Under the pieces are notes generated by a model. The model was not told the DNA's origin, did not search any database, and saw only the letters and a list, made by a program, of their open reading frames with translations. Of a stretch of 64,000 nt of DNA, positions 37,452 through 47,814 are shown in pieces; within the stretch, counting starts at the first letter, position 1, and the number at the start of each line of letters is the position of its first letter. The translations under genes and the position numbers were made by a program. The stretch comes from Clostridia bacterium (GTDB lineage Bacteria; Bacillota; Clostridia; Oscillospirales; Acutalibacteraceae): NCBI GenBank assembly GCA_017520705.1, contig JAFXFF010000044.1, positions 60,108 to 124,107 of the forward strand, written 5' to 3'.

Positions 37452-39266
37452 TTACGCGAGGGTGTACTTCTCCTTGTAGCCCGCGTAGGCGTGCTGGAAG
37501 TCCACGTCGGTACGCTTGATATCCTGCAAATAGTGGTGGGTGTCAAAGGCGTTGTGCTCTACCTCGATGACAGCAACCGCTACGTTGGAGCAATGGTCGG
37601 ACACACGCTCAAAGTTGGTGAGCATATCCGCCAGAACAAAGCCCATCTCGATGCTACACTCGCCCTGACGCAGACGGCGGACGTGATTGCTGCGAATGCC
37701 GGTAATCAAGCCGTCGATGACCTGCTCCAAAGGCTCAACCTGTCGAGCCATGGTAATGTCGTTTTCAGAATAGGCACGGTTGGTGATCTCCAGGATCTCG
37801 CGAATAGCGGCAGACAGAACGCCCAGCTCCTTCTTCGCCTCATCAGTGAAGGACAGACCCTTTTCGTGCATTTCGACGGCACAATCCTTAAGATTCAGGG
37901 CGTGGTCACCCAAACGCTCGAAATTGCCAATGGCGTGGAGCATCTTGGACACCACCTGAGAGTCCTTTTCGGACAGGGCGCTGGAGGACAGCTTGACCAG
38001 ATAGGTGCCCAGCTTGTCCTCAGCGTCATCCAGCTGATGCTCGATGTCCCGCATGGGCTCGATCTTCTTCTCGTCGAATTTCTCCAATAGTTCCAGAGAG
38101 GTGAGCACGTTGCGATACGCCAGGCTGCACATACCGATGCTGGCGTGATTGCTCTCGGACACCGCCACGGAGGGAGAATTGAACAGACGCTCGTCCAGGA
38201 ACAGGCCCTTCTTCTCCTCGGTGGCCTCCTCCTTGTCGCGAACGACCAAGCAAGCCAATTTCTCCATCTGCTTGCCGAAGGGCAGCAGCAAGGCGGCAGT
38301 CAGCACATTGAAGATGGAGTGGACCACCGCCACAGCAAAGGCGCTGGCGCTCTCATCCGCATGCAGGAAGGTGTAGATCGCGCTCTGATCGGAAAGGAAG
38401 GAATTGAACAGCATAAACGCCGGCAGCCACACCACCGTACCGATGAGGTTCATAGCAAAGTGCAGGATCACCACCCGCTTGGCGTTGCGGTTGGTGCCGA
38501 TAGAGGAAAGCAGCGAGGTGACACAGGTGCCGATATTGGCACCCATCACCAGCGGAATCGCCATATAGTTGGTGATGACGCCGTTCATGGCAAAGGTCTG
38601 CACGATACCGATGGTAGCGGCAGAAGACTGGATCACACCGGTGAAAACCGTGCTGATGAGCAACAGGATCAAAGGATTGCTGTAACGAGTCAACAGCGCC
38701 TTGAACTCTTCCAACTCGGAGAGGGGGCTGACACCCATATCCATCAGCTCCATACCGTAGATCAGAATGGCAAAGCCGATGAGGATGGTGCCGATGCTCT
38801 TGCGCTGATCCTTCTTGGACATCATCACCATCACGGTGCCGATGAGCGCCAACACGGGAGCAAAATTTTCCGGTTTGAGCATCAGGATGCCGATATTGTT
38901 GCTCTCGATGCCGGACATAGAGAGGATCCAGGAGGTGAAGGTGGTACCGATATTAGCGCCATAGATAACGTACAAGGTCTGAGACATGGTCATCAGGCCG
39001 GAGTTGACCAGACCCACCATCATCACGGTGGTGGCGGAAGAGGACTGCACCGCAATGGTGATCGCCGCACCGAGGAGGATGCTGACAACGGGATTGGTCG
39101 TCGCCTTTTTCAGCGTACGCTCCAGCTTACCGCCGGACATCTTCTCCAGATTACCGGACATCACGTTCATGCCGAACATAAAAAATACCAGACCGATAAT
39201 CAGACCAATCACAACAGAAAGCCAATAAGCAGGCGTCGTCTGCGCTATGCTCGTTATTTCAGGCAT
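37452..39266 (-). CDS. Na/Pi cotransporter family protein with C-terminal PhoU-like domains
   Basis: Multi-TM N-terminal half with duplicated GANIGTT/GANIGTC motifs; C-terminal PhoU-like helical repeats. Confidence 0.8.
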   Translation of the reverse strand: MPEITSIAQTTPAYWLSVVIGLIIGLVFFMFGMNVMSGNLEKMSGGKLERTLKKATTNPVVSILLGAAITIAVQSSSATTVMMVGLVNSGLMTMSQTLYVIYGANIGTTFTSWILSMSGIESNNIGILMLKPENFAPVLALIGTVMVMMSKKDQRKSIGTILIGFAILIYGMELMDMGVSPLSELEEFKALLTRYSNPLILLLISTVFTGVIQSSAATIGIVQTFAMNGVITNYMAIPLVMGANIGTCVTSLLSSIGTNRNAKRVVILHFAMNLIGTVVWLPAFMLFNSFLSDQSAIYTFLHADESASAFAVAVVHSIFNVLTAALLLPFGKQMEKLACLVVRDKEEATEEKKGLFLDERLFNSPSVAVSESNHASIGMCSLAYRNVLTSLELLEKFDEKKIEPMRDIEHQLDDAEDKLGTYLVKLSSSALSEKDSQVVSKMLHAIGNFERLGDHALNLKDCAVEMHEKGLSFTDEAKKELGVLSAAIREILEITNRAYSENDITMARQVEPLEQVIDGLITGIRSNHVRRLRQGECSIEMGFVLADMLTNFERVSDHCSNVAVAVIEVEHNAFDTHHYLQDIKRTDVDFQHAYAGYKEKYTLA

Positions 39267-39556
39267 TTTTAAATCATCCTTTCGTTTTCATAACAAATGG
39301 GTGAAATATTTCAATCGGAACGGATCCGTTATTGTTTTTGGGCAGGAGTTTCCGAACTACCCCAGTATCAATGAAATTATAGCATACGCATCGTCAAATT
39401 TCAATATTCACACGGCAAAAACTACCTCGTCAAATATGATAAAGAAACTTCCACAATTTGAGGGATTTTGGATAATTTTTGAGGACGGTACTTGTCAATC
39501 GTCGTGAGGGTGTGATACAATAAAAACGATATAATGGGAAAGGAAGTGCTTCCCTG

Positions 39557-42013
39557 ATGGCATTGGCGCTGTACGATTTGACCTGCGAATATCAAAAAGA
39601 AGCCATGGGCGTGCATCGGCAAAACGCCGTATTCGGCTGGAAGATGACCTCCCGGCAAGGCGCCGCCCAAACCGCCTATCGCACCCAAGTGACGGATGAG
39701 CACGGCACATTGGTGTGGGATAGCGGAAAAACAGCGTCCCGCCGCCAATACGGCATCGAGATGGACAGCCAAACCCCAATGAAACCGATGTCGGAATATA
39801 CCTTTCGGGTGATGGTATGGGATGAGAAGGATGAGCCCTCCGCGTGGGCAGAGTCCCGCTTTGTCACCGGAGTGTTTCGGGTGCACCAATGGGCGGGGCA
39901 ATGGTTCCGCATCTGGTGGCACGGGACGGTGCATTTCTACCGCCACGAATTCGAGGTGGCGGACAAGCCTATCCGCTATGCCTATGCCTACGTGGCCTCG
40001 CTGGGGGACAAAGCCAACTCCCACGTGGCCTATCTCAACGGCAAACGACTGGAAGAAGGCATCCTCTTTCCCGGCGCGACGGAGTATTTTCGGGCGCTGT
40101 ACACCTGCGTGGACGTAAAAGCCCTGCTGAAACGCGGCAGGAATGCCGTGGGATTGGTGATCACCAAAACCTCCTCCATGGTGATGAAGATCGCCTACGA
40201 GGACGGCGAGGTGCAATACGTAGCCTCCGCGCGGGATACCTGGGCCTGCGGCGTGCAGGGGCCCTATAAGATAGGGTACTCGGAGGAGCATATGCAGCAC
40301 GGCAAATACGAGGAATACGACGCCCGCAAGGAATGGGGCGACTGGACCAGCCCCGGCTTTGACGACAGCGGATGGGAACGGGGGAAGCACACCCTGGTCA
40401 TCGATATCGGGCCCCTCTTTTTGCAACCCCAATACTGCCAAGCGAAGGTACAAGCCCGTCACCGCCCCATGCGCATCCTGCGGCACGAGGATCGGTGGTT
40501 TGTGGACTTTGGGGTGAATATGGCGGGATTCGTCTCCCTGCGGCTGCAAGGAAAACCCGGACAAACGGTGGAAATCCGGTTTGCCGAAAAATGCAACGAG
40601 CAGGGCGACGGCGGTATCTTTTCCTCTTGGAGACACCCCTATCTCAAATACACCTTTTCCACCGACGGGGTGGAGGAATATACCCCCTCCTTTATGTATA
40701 CGGGATTCCGCTACGTGGAGATCTACGGCTATGAGGGCGAGATCACCGAAGGCAGCATCACCGCCGTATCCATCCACAGCGACGTGCTGAACGCGTCCCG
40801 CTTCTCCTGCTCGGATCCGATGCTGGAGCGGCTCAGCGAGGTGGCGCGGCGCAGCTTTCTATCCAACATGGTGAACATCCCCACCGACTGTCCCGAGCGG
40901 GAGCGGCGGGGATGGACCGCCGACGCCTATGCGGTATGCGAGGCGGAATGCGTGAACTTCAACACCCTGACCTTCTACCGTCAATGGCTGGAAAGTATGC
41001 GGGATTGCCAGCGGGGAAACGGATGGATCCCCGTGGAGCTGCCCCTCTCCTCCGACGACTGCATCGACGTGAACTGGCCGGCGGCGGCGGTGCTGGTGCC
41101 GTACGACTTGTATATCCAATACGGTGACCAAAGCCTGATCGAAGAATTCTACCCGATGATGTGCCGATGGGTGGAGCTGCTGGAGAATATCTGCGACGAG
41201 GAATACACGCAGTGCGACGCATTTATGAGCTATAAGGACTGGCTCTGCGGAGAACCTGCCGGCTCCGGATTCTTGGCTACGGCCTATTTCTATCGCTGTG
41301 CCGATCTGCTGGCGCGGATGGCCGCTATTTTGGAGAAAAAGGACGACGCTAAGCGGTACGAAACGCTGGCAGCCGCTATCCGAGACAGCATTCAGCGCCG
41401 CTATCTGCACGTGGACGGGGATGCGGTGTGGTACGATACGGGCAGTCAGAGCGCCAACGCTCACGCCCTATATTTCGGCATCTGCCCTGCTGAGCTGCGG
41501 CAGGCAGTGACCGCTTCCCTGGTGCGGGATATCGAAGAGAAAGGTGCCTCCACCACCGGATTTATGGGCACCATGTGCCTGATGCCCGCCCTCTCCCAAA
41601 ACGGACGGGCGGACGTGGCCTACGGATTGCTGAAAAATCCCCATATGGGCGGCTGGATCTACCTGCTGGAGCAGTGTGATGCCACCACCTTCCCCGAACA
41701 CTACAACGGCGGCGGTTCCCAGAACCACGCCTTCCTCGGCAGTTCGCCGGGGCTGTGGATCTACAAGTATCTGGTGGGCATCTCCCCTGCCGCCCCCGGC
41801 TATGAACGGGTGCGGATCGCACCCTATATCCCTGCGGATATGGAATGGGCCGCCGCCACCGTGGACACACTGTACGGGCCCGTCTCTGCCGCATGGCGGA
41901 AGACGGAAGGCGGATGCGCGCTCACCGTATCTCTGCCGCCCAACGTCAGCGGTAAAATCGAATGGAACGGACAGGAATACGACGTAAAGGCGGGCAACTA
42001 TACATTCAAATAA
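39557..42013 (+). CDS. Alpha-L-rhamnosidase (GH78)
   Basis: 818 aa; central (alpha/alpha)6 motifs (IPTDCPERERRGWTADA…), bacterial rhamnosidase N/C beta domains. Promoter TTGTCA…TGATACAAT upstream. Confidence 0.75.
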   Translation: MALALYDLTCEYQKEAMGVHRQNAVFGWKMTSRQGAAQTAYRTQVTDEHGTLVWDSGKTASRRQYGIEMDSQTPMKPMSEYTFRVMVWDEKDEPSAWAESRFVTGVFRVHQWAGQWFRIWWHGTVHFYRHEFEVADKPIRYAYAYVASLGDKANSHVAYLNGKRLEEGILFPGATEYFRALYTCVDVKALLKRGRNAVGLVITKTSSMVMKIAYEDGEVQYVASARDTWACGVQGPYKIGYSEEHMQHGKYEEYDARKEWGDWTSPGFDDSGWERGKHTLVIDIGPLFLQPQYCQAKVQARHRPMRILRHEDRWFVDFGVNMAGFVSLRLQGKPGQTVEIRFAEKCNEQGDGGIFSSWRHPYLKYTFSTDGVEEYTPSFMYTGFRYVEIYGYEGEITEGSITAVSIHSDVLNASRFSCSDPMLERLSEVARRSFLSNMVNIPTDCPERERRGWTADAYAVCEAECVNFNTLTFYRQWLESMRDCQRGNGWIPVELPLSSDDCIDVNWPAAAVLVPYDLYIQYGDQSLIEEFYPMMCRWVELLENICDEEYTQCDAFMSYKDWLCGEPAGSGFLATAYFYRCADLLARMAAILEKKDDAKRYETLAAAIRDSIQRRYLHVDGDAVWYDTGSQSANAHALYFGICPAELRQAVTASLVRDIEEKGASTTGFMGTMCLMPALSQNGRADVAYGLLKNPHMGGWIYLLEQCDATTFPEHYNGGGSQNHAFLGSSPGLWIYKYLVGISPAAPGYERVRIAPYIPADMEWAAATVDTLYGPVSAAWRKTEGGCALTVSLPPNVSGKIEWNGQEYDVKAGNYTFK

Positions 42014-42066
42014 GCATAAAAATGAGGGTCGGAGCCATGGCTCCGACCCTCTTGTGTTTTATGGAA

Positions 42067-44130
42067 TCAGTCCGCGTTGGCACGGGCGGCAATCACCTTA
42101 TCCGCCACCGGCTTGGGAGCCTCTTCGTAGCGCTCGAAAGCCAGGGAGAAATAGCCACGGCCCTGAGTGGTGGAACGCAGCATCACCGCGTAATCGCCCA
42201 GCTCGCCCTGAGGCACCTCGGCCTCGATGCAGGTCAGCTCGTCCTCGGCGGGGTTCATACCCAGCACGCGGCCACGGCGCTTATTGATGTCGCCCATAAT
42301 GTCGCCGGTATTATCCGAAGGCACATAGACGGCCAGGTGCATCACGGGCTCCAGCAGGATGGGATTGGCCTTGGAAATACCGTCCTTATAGGCCAGAGAA
42401 GCGGCGGTCTTGAACGCCATTTCAGAGGAGTCGACGGGGTGATAGGAACCGTCCACCAGAGTGGCCTTGACGCCAACCAGAGGATAACCGGCCAGCACGC
42501 CCTCTTTGGAGCAATCCTGCAGACCCTTCTCCACGGCGGGGAAGTAGTTCTTGGGCACGGCGCCGCCGAACACCTTCTCCTCAAAGACCAGCTCGTCGCC
42601 CTCCCAGGGCTCGAACTCGATCCACACGTCGCCAAACTGGCCGTGGCCGCCGGACTGCTTCTTATGGCGGCCCTGCACCTTAACCTTGCAACGGATGGTC
42701 TCGCGATAGGCAACCTCAGGCTCGGACAACGTGACCTCGGCGCCGAACTTGGCCTTCAGACGGGATACGATGATATCCAGATGCTGCTCACCCATACCGG
42801 AGAGGATCAGCTCGCCGGTCTCGGTGTTCTTTTCCACCTTGATGGTGGGATCCTCTTCCGCCAGACGAGCCAGACCGGTGGCAACCTTCTCCTCGTCGCC
42901 CTTCTTGGTGGTGTTGACCGCGCGGGACAGGCAGGGGGAATCGAAGGGAACGCCGGGCAGAGTCACGGGGCAGCTGGGGGCGCACAGAGTGTCGCCGGTG
43001 CCGGTGTTGACCAGCTTGGCCACGGCACCGATGTCGCCGGCGCCGATGAAGGGTGCTTCCTCCTGCTTCTTGCCGCGGACGTAGAACAGCTTGCCCAGAC
43101 GCTCGCTCTCACCGGTGCGGGTGTTCAGCAGCGCCATATCCGGCACGATCTTGCCGCGGATGACCTTGAAGTAAACCAGTTTGCCCACGAAGGGATCGAC
43201 CACGGTCTTGAAGACGGTGGCAACGGCGGGGGCGTTCTCGTCCACCTCCAGCTCAATGGGATCGCCATTGGCGTCGGTGCCGGTCTCGCCGGCCACAGAC
43301 TCAGCCCAAGGCGCCAGCCACAGCAGACCGGTCAGCAACTGATCGATGGCCTCCAACTCCTGCGCAGAACCGCAGAAGACGGGAGCGATCTCGCCGCGAC
43401 GGACACCGGAGGCAATACCCTGGATCAGCTCGTCGGGAGTGAACTCCTCACCGGCGAAATACTTCTCCATCAGCTCCTCGCTGGTCTCGGCAACCGCCTC
43501 GTTCATAGCGGTGCGCAGGCCCTCCAAACGGTGACCCATATCGGGGATGGGAACCTGCTTGGCCTTACCGTTCTCGTAAGTATAAGCGCGGTACTCCAGC
43601 AGGTTGACGTAGCACTGCACCTTGTGATCCACCACGTGGGGAACCACCATGGGACAGACCATAGGACCGAACTTGCCCTTCAGGTCCTCGAACACTTTAT
43701 AGAAATCCGCGCTCTCGCGGTCCAGCTTGTTCACAAAGAAGATGGTGGCGATGCCCTTCTTCTGGGCCGCGGCAAACGCCTTCTCGGCGCCGACGGTGAG
43801 ACCGCTCTTGCCCGATACGACGATGACCGAGCTACCGGCAGCGCGAATACCCTCGCGCAGGCCACCCACAAAATCAAACAGACCGGGAGTATCCAAGATG
43901 TTCAGCTTGGTGCTCTTCCACTCCACGGGAACGAGGGAGGTGGAAACGGACACCTTGCGGCGGATCTCCTCGGGGTCGAAGTCACTGACGGTGTTGCCAT
44001 CCGCGATCTTACCCAGACGGTCAGCCTGATACGCCAGGTAGTACATCGCCTCGACGAGACTGGTCTTACCCGAGCCGGCATGACCCGTCAGAGCCACGTT
44101 ACGGATGGTCTTTGCATTGTAGTTTTTCAT
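42067..44130 (-). CDS. Elongation factor G paralog (EF-G2-type translational GTPase)
   Basis: G1 AHAGSGKTS, G3 DTPG, G4 NKLD; domains II-V conserved. 687 aa. Confidence 0.8.
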   Translation of the reverse strand: MKNYNAKTIRNVALTGHAGSGKTSLVEAMYYLAYQADRLGKIADGNTVSDFDPEEIRRKVSVSTSLVPVEWKSTKLNILDTPGLFDFVGGLREGIRAAGSSVIVVSGKSGLTVGAEKAFAAAQKKGIATIFFVNKLDRESADFYKVFEDLKGKFGPMVCPMVVPHVVDHKVQCYVNLLEYRAYTYENGKAKQVPIPDMGHRLEGLRTAMNEAVAETSEELMEKYFAGEEFTPDELIQGIASGVRRGEIAPVFCGSAQELEAIDQLLTGLLWLAPWAESVAGETGTDANGDPIELEVDENAPAVATVFKTVVDPFVGKLVYFKVIRGKIVPDMALLNTRTGESERLGKLFYVRGKKQEEAPFIGAGDIGAVAKLVNTGTGDTLCAPSCPVTLPGVPFDSPCLSRAVNTTKKGDEEKVATGLARLAEEDPTIKVEKNTETGELILSGMGEQHLDIIVSRLKAKFGAEVTLSEPEVAYRETIRCKVKVQGRHKKQSGGHGQFGDVWIEFEPWEGDELVFEEKVFGGAVPKNYFPAVEKGLQDCSKEGVLAGYPLVGVKATLVDGSYHPVDSSEMAFKTAASLAYKDGISKANPILLEPVMHLAVYVPSDNTGDIMGDINKRRGRVLGMNPAEDELTCIEAEVPQGELGDYAVMLRSTTQGRGYFSLAFERYEEAPKPVADKVIAARANAD

Positions 44131-44329
44131 GAATGCACGCCCTTTCTCATAACCCTCCCCCACCCTTTGGCTATTTTCCATAGCAAAACGGCGGGAAATA
44201 GGATATTTTGCACAAAAAAATCAAACAAACTCCGTTTGTTTTATACGATTATACTGCATTAAAATAAATTTGACAACACCTTTTTGTGAAATTTTTGAAA
44301 AAAGTGTGGTTTTATTTTAGGTAATTGCA

Positions 44330-44420
44330 TCGACACCCGTGACGGACGCCGGGAGTGAGCAAAGCGGGAACACTGTGGACATCGTCCCCTGCGGAGTGGA
44401 TTTGAGGTCGTGTGTGCGAT
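44330..44420. repeat. Palindromic intergenic repeat fragment (copy F)
   Basis: …gggaacactgtggacatcgtcccctgcgg… matches …ggcgaactgtgttcgccc…gggcatcgtcccctacgg at 31.86-31.90 kb. Confidence 0.45.
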
Positions 44421-44488
44421 CGGGGTATCAAAAACGACGACGAAAAATTGTGCATTTCGACAATTTTTGAAAAATCACGAAATCCCTA

Positions 44489-44517
44489 TTGACGGTCACG
44501 TGACCGTGTGATATAAT
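44489..44517 (+). promoter_or_regulatory. Promoter of DUF1836-nfeD-floT operon with perfect 12-bp palindrome GGTCACGTGACC in the spacer
   Basis: TTGACG (44489-94), GGTCACGTGACC (44494-505), TGATATAAT (44509-17). Confidence 0.55.
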
Positions 44518-44545
44518 CAAATCAACCTGATAAGGAGGTGGCACA

Positions 44546-45097
44546 ATGGCTACTACACTTCCGGGGACAACGATCGAAGTCTCCGATATCCACAAGGGCG
44601 TTTCGCGGCAGCTGTTTGACGGCATCTTTGCCGCCGGCGGTATCACGCTCGCTCAGGTGTCGGTGATGACCGGTCTGGAGCCCTATCGCATCCAGAACTG
44701 GGTCAAGCGCGGCTTTGTGTCCTCACCCCAGCATCGCCAATACAGCAAAAACCAGTTTGCCCGCATCGTCATCATCCATATGCTGTGCGAATCTCTGCAA
44801 CTGGATCGTATCTGCGAACTACTCTCCTACATCAACGGCAATCTGCACGACGAAAGCGACGATGTCATCGGTGACAGCGAGCTGTACCACCGCTACACCG
44901 ATATGATCGCCGAAACCGGCGGAACCATCAGTCACGAGGCCATCCGTCAAGCGGCAAAGGCGGCGGCCGCCGACTATGCGGAGCCCCTCCCTGGTGCCCG
45001 CCAACGACTGGAAAAGACCCTGCAGGTCATGGCCTATGCCCACTACGCCGCCATTGCGCGGCATACCGCAGACGAAACACTGTCACACCTGCTGTAA
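44546..45097 (+). CDS. DUF1836 domain protein
   Basis: 183 aa. Conserved synteny: DUF1836 precedes nfeD-flotillin in Firmicutes. Confidence 0.5.
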   Translation: MATTLPGTTIEVSDIHKGVSRQLFDGIFAAGGITLAQVSVMTGLEPYRIQNWVKRGFVSSPQHRQYSKNQFARIVIIHMLCESLQLDRICELLSYINGNLHDESDDVIGDSELYHRYTDMIAETGGTISHEAIRQAAKAAAADYAEPLPGARQRLEKTLQVMAYAHYAAIARHTADETLSHLL

Positions 45098-45124
45098 TCA
45101 GCAGAATATAGAGGAGGTAAGAAT

Positions 45125-45787
45125 ATGTTAGCTTGGTGGGACTCTCTGAGTCTGATCTCTCAAATCTTTGCCTGCATCGCCATCCCCACCACCTTAGTGC
45201 TGGCCATCCAGACGGTGCTGATGCTCATCGGCCTGGACGGTGACGGTGCCGGCGATATAGACGGCGACCTCTCCCTCGACCACGACATAGGTGATCCGGA
45301 CGCGGGAGCGGATATCGATATGGCCGACGGCATCTTCGGTGAAGACGTGCCTATGGGCGATCCCGACCCCTCCGGTCTGGACGGTCTGCGCATCTTCTCG
45401 GTGCGGGGCATCATCGCTTTCTTGGTCGTCTTCGGCTGGGTAGGCCTCGTCATGGACAGCGCAGGAGCACAGCTGTGGCTCTCCCTGCCGGTGTCCACGG
45501 TATGCGGCATCGCCACCATGGTGCTTATAGCACTGCTGCTGCGTGCGGTGATGGGCCTACGCAACAACGGCAACATCAACAACCGCAACGCCATCGGCAC
45601 GGCAGGCCGCGTGTATCTCACCGTGCCCGCATCCCGCAGCGGCGAGGGCAAGGTGAACGTGCTGCTGCAAGGCTCCTACGTGGAGCGCGATGCTGTCACC
45701 GACGAGGAAACTCCCCTCCCCACCGGCTCTGAGGTCGTGGTGGTAGGTGTCAGCGGCCAGACCACCCTGGTGGTCAAGAAAAAATAA
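45125..45787 (+). CDS. NfeD-like membrane protein
   Basis: TM helices flanking an acidic insert; C-terminal OB-fold-like beta domain (GRVYLTV…GKVNVLLQGSYVERDA…GSEVVVVGVSGQTTLVVK). Confidence 0.65.
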   Translation: MLAWWDSLSLISQIFACIAIPTTLVLAIQTVLMLIGLDGDGAGDIDGDLSLDHDIGDPDAGADIDMADGIFGEDVPMGDPDPSGLDGLRIFSVRGIIAFLVVFGWVGLVMDSAGAQLWLSLPVSTVCGIATMVLIALLLRAVMGLRNNGNINNRNAIGTAGRVYLTVPASRSGEGKVNVLLQGSYVERDAVTDEETPLPTGSEVVVVGVSGQTTLVVKKK

Positions 45788-45876
45788 GCCATTCCCATTC
45801 CGCATCGGCGGAATGGTTCGCAATTCCCCTGTCCGTACATAAACTGTGTTTTGAATTTATTAGGAGGTATGTATTT

Positions 45877-47259
45877 ATGGGTCCCGGTACTGTATTTTTG
45901 ATCATCGCCATTGTGTTAGTCGTTGTGTCCTTTCTCATCTGGGTGTGCTCACGCTATAAGAAGTGCCCCTCGGATAAGATCATGGTGGTCTACGGCTCCA
46001 TCGGCAAAAACAAGGACGGCACCAACCGCAGTGCCAAGTGCATCCACGGCGGCGCCGAGTTCGTGATCCCCGTATTCCAGTCCTATGCGTTCCTCGATCT
46101 GACCCCCATCTCCATTCAGGTGGACCTGAAGAACGCCCTGTCCCGTCAGAACATCCGTATCGACGTGCCCTCCCGCTTCACGGTGGGTATCTCCACCGAG
46201 CCGGGCGTGATGCAGAACGCCGCCGAGCGTCTGCTGGGCCTGCAGCTCTCTGAGATCCAGGAGCTGTCCAAGGACATTATCTTCGGTCAGCTGCGTCTGA
46301 TCATCGCCACCATGGACATTGAGGAGATCAACACCGACCGTGATAAGTTCCTCGCCGCGGTCAGCAGCAACGTGGAGACCGAGCTGAAAAAGATCGGTCT
46401 GCGACTCATCAACGTGAACGTCACCGATATCTGCGACGAATCCGGCTACATCGCCGCTCTGGGTAAAGAGGCGGCGGCTAAGGCCATCAACGACGCCAAG
46501 AAGAGCGTGGCCGAGCAGGAGCGTGACGGCTCCATCGGTGAAGCCAACGCCCATATGGATCAGCGTATCAAAGTGTCCGAGGCGGACTCCATCGCCATTC
46601 AGGGTGAAAACGAAGCCAAGATGAAGATCGCTATGTCCGACGCCGCTCTGAAAGAGAAAGAGGCCGAGGCTCTGAAGATCGCCACCACCGCCGAGAAGAT
46701 TCAGGCCGCTAAGGCTCTGGAGGAATCCTACGCCGCCGAGCGTGCCGCCGAAGAGGCTCGCCGCTCCAAGGAGCAGGCCACGCTGGAAGCGGACATCATC
46801 GTGCAGGCTGAGGCCAAAAAGCGCGAAATGGAGTTGGAAGCCGAAGCCGAGGCCGAGCAGATCCGTCGCAAGGCCAAGGGTGAGGCGGATGCTATCTATG
46901 CCAAAATGGAAGCGGAAGCCCGCGGTATGGAAGAGATCCTGAAAAAGCAGGCGGCCGGCTTTGCCGAGATCGTCAAGTCCGCCGGCGGCGACCCCGAGGC
47001 CGCCCTCAAGTTGCTCATCGCCGACAAGCTGGAAGAGCTGATGCGCGTACAGGTGGAGGCCGTTAAGAACATCAAGATCGACAAGGTCACCGTGTGGGAC
47101 AACGGTCAGAGCGCGGACGGCAAAAACGCCACCGCCGGCTTTATCTCCGGCATGATGAAGTCGGTGCCCCCTCTGGAGGAGGTCTTCTCCATGGCGGGTA
47201 TGCAACTGCCCGAAATTCTCGGCAAGAAAGCGGAGGCTCCCCTACCCGCCGCCGAGTAA
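45877..47259 (+). CDS. floT: Flotillin (SPFH/band-7 family, FloT-like)
   Basis: N-terminal TM; SPFH domain; long EA-rich coiled coil (AEEARRSKEQATLEADIIVQAEAKKREMELEAEAEAEQIRRKAKGEADA). Confidence 0.85.
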   Translation: MGPGTVFLIIAIVLVVVSFLIWVCSRYKKCPSDKIMVVYGSIGKNKDGTNRSAKCIHGGAEFVIPVFQSYAFLDLTPISIQVDLKNALSRQNIRIDVPSRFTVGISTEPGVMQNAAERLLGLQLSEIQELSKDIIFGQLRLIIATMDIEEINTDRDKFLAAVSSNVETELKKIGLRLINVNVTDICDESGYIAALGKEAAAKAINDAKKSVAEQERDGSIGEANAHMDQRIKVSEADSIAIQGENEAKMKIAMSDAALKEKEAEALKIATTAEKIQAAKALEESYAAERAAEEARRSKEQATLEADIIVQAEAKKREMELEAEAEAEQIRRKAKGEADAIYAKMEAEARGMEEILKKQAAGFAEIVKSAGGDPEAALKLLIADKLEELMRVQVEAVKNIKIDKVTVWDNGQSADGKNATAGFISGMMKSVPPLEEVFSMAGMQLPEILGKKAEAPLPAAE

Positions 47260-47270
47260 GGTGATACATA

Positions 47271-47750
47271 ATGAAACCCTTTAAAAAGACGCTTCTCTAT
47301 TTCATCTACAATGAATTGGCTTTCTTTGCGGGCGGTATCCTCGGCGGTTTTCTCGGATTGGCGTTACACCTCATCTTAGGCAACCGCGCCGACCGCACCC
47401 TGCTGTACGGCGTGACGACTGCGCTGGTTATCTGCGCCGCGCTGTTTCTCCTGATGCTGCGAGATGCCTATGAAGAACGGCAATTCCCGCTGAAGAAAGC
47501 GTGCCTCGCCATCCTTCCCGTTTTTATGCTCCGTTGGCTGGTGGTCTTTCTCAGCAAAGGCGACCAAGGCTTCCTGCTGTGCGGCAGTGCGTCGATGTTC
47601 ACCGACGGCGAGACCGTAGCCGCAGTGCTCATCACCCTTATTTGCTTTGATCTGCTCATCCATCTGCCTGCTATGTTGCTGGGCGGTTGGTGGGGATGCC
47701 GCCGACATAGGATGGAGACGGAAGCGCTGACAACGTCAAAGGATACATAA
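47271..47750 (+). CDS. Hypothetical small membrane protein
   Basis: 159-aa ORF, 4 hydrophobic helices; hairpin terminator at 47752-47798 follows. Confidence 0.4.
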   Translation: MKPFKKTLLYFIYNELAFFAGGILGGFLGLALHLILGNRADRTLLYGVTTALVICAALFLLMLRDAYEERQFPLKKACLAILPVFMLRWLVVFLSKGDQGFLLCGSASMFTDGETVAAVLITLICFDLLIHLPAMLLGGWWGCRRHRMETEALTTSKDT

Positions 47751-47814
47751 AAACAACCTCCTGCAACGGACGGAAGAGCCGTTGCAGGAGGTTTTGTTAT
47801 GCCACAGCAGCGAC

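Noticed and set aside
42067-44130. Tet(M)/Tet(O)-type ribosomal protection protein
   Set aside because: Length (687 aa) and domain conservation fit a housekeeping EF-G paralog (EF-G2) better than the ~640-aa RPPs. No mobile-element context. Cannot be fully excluded without profile search.
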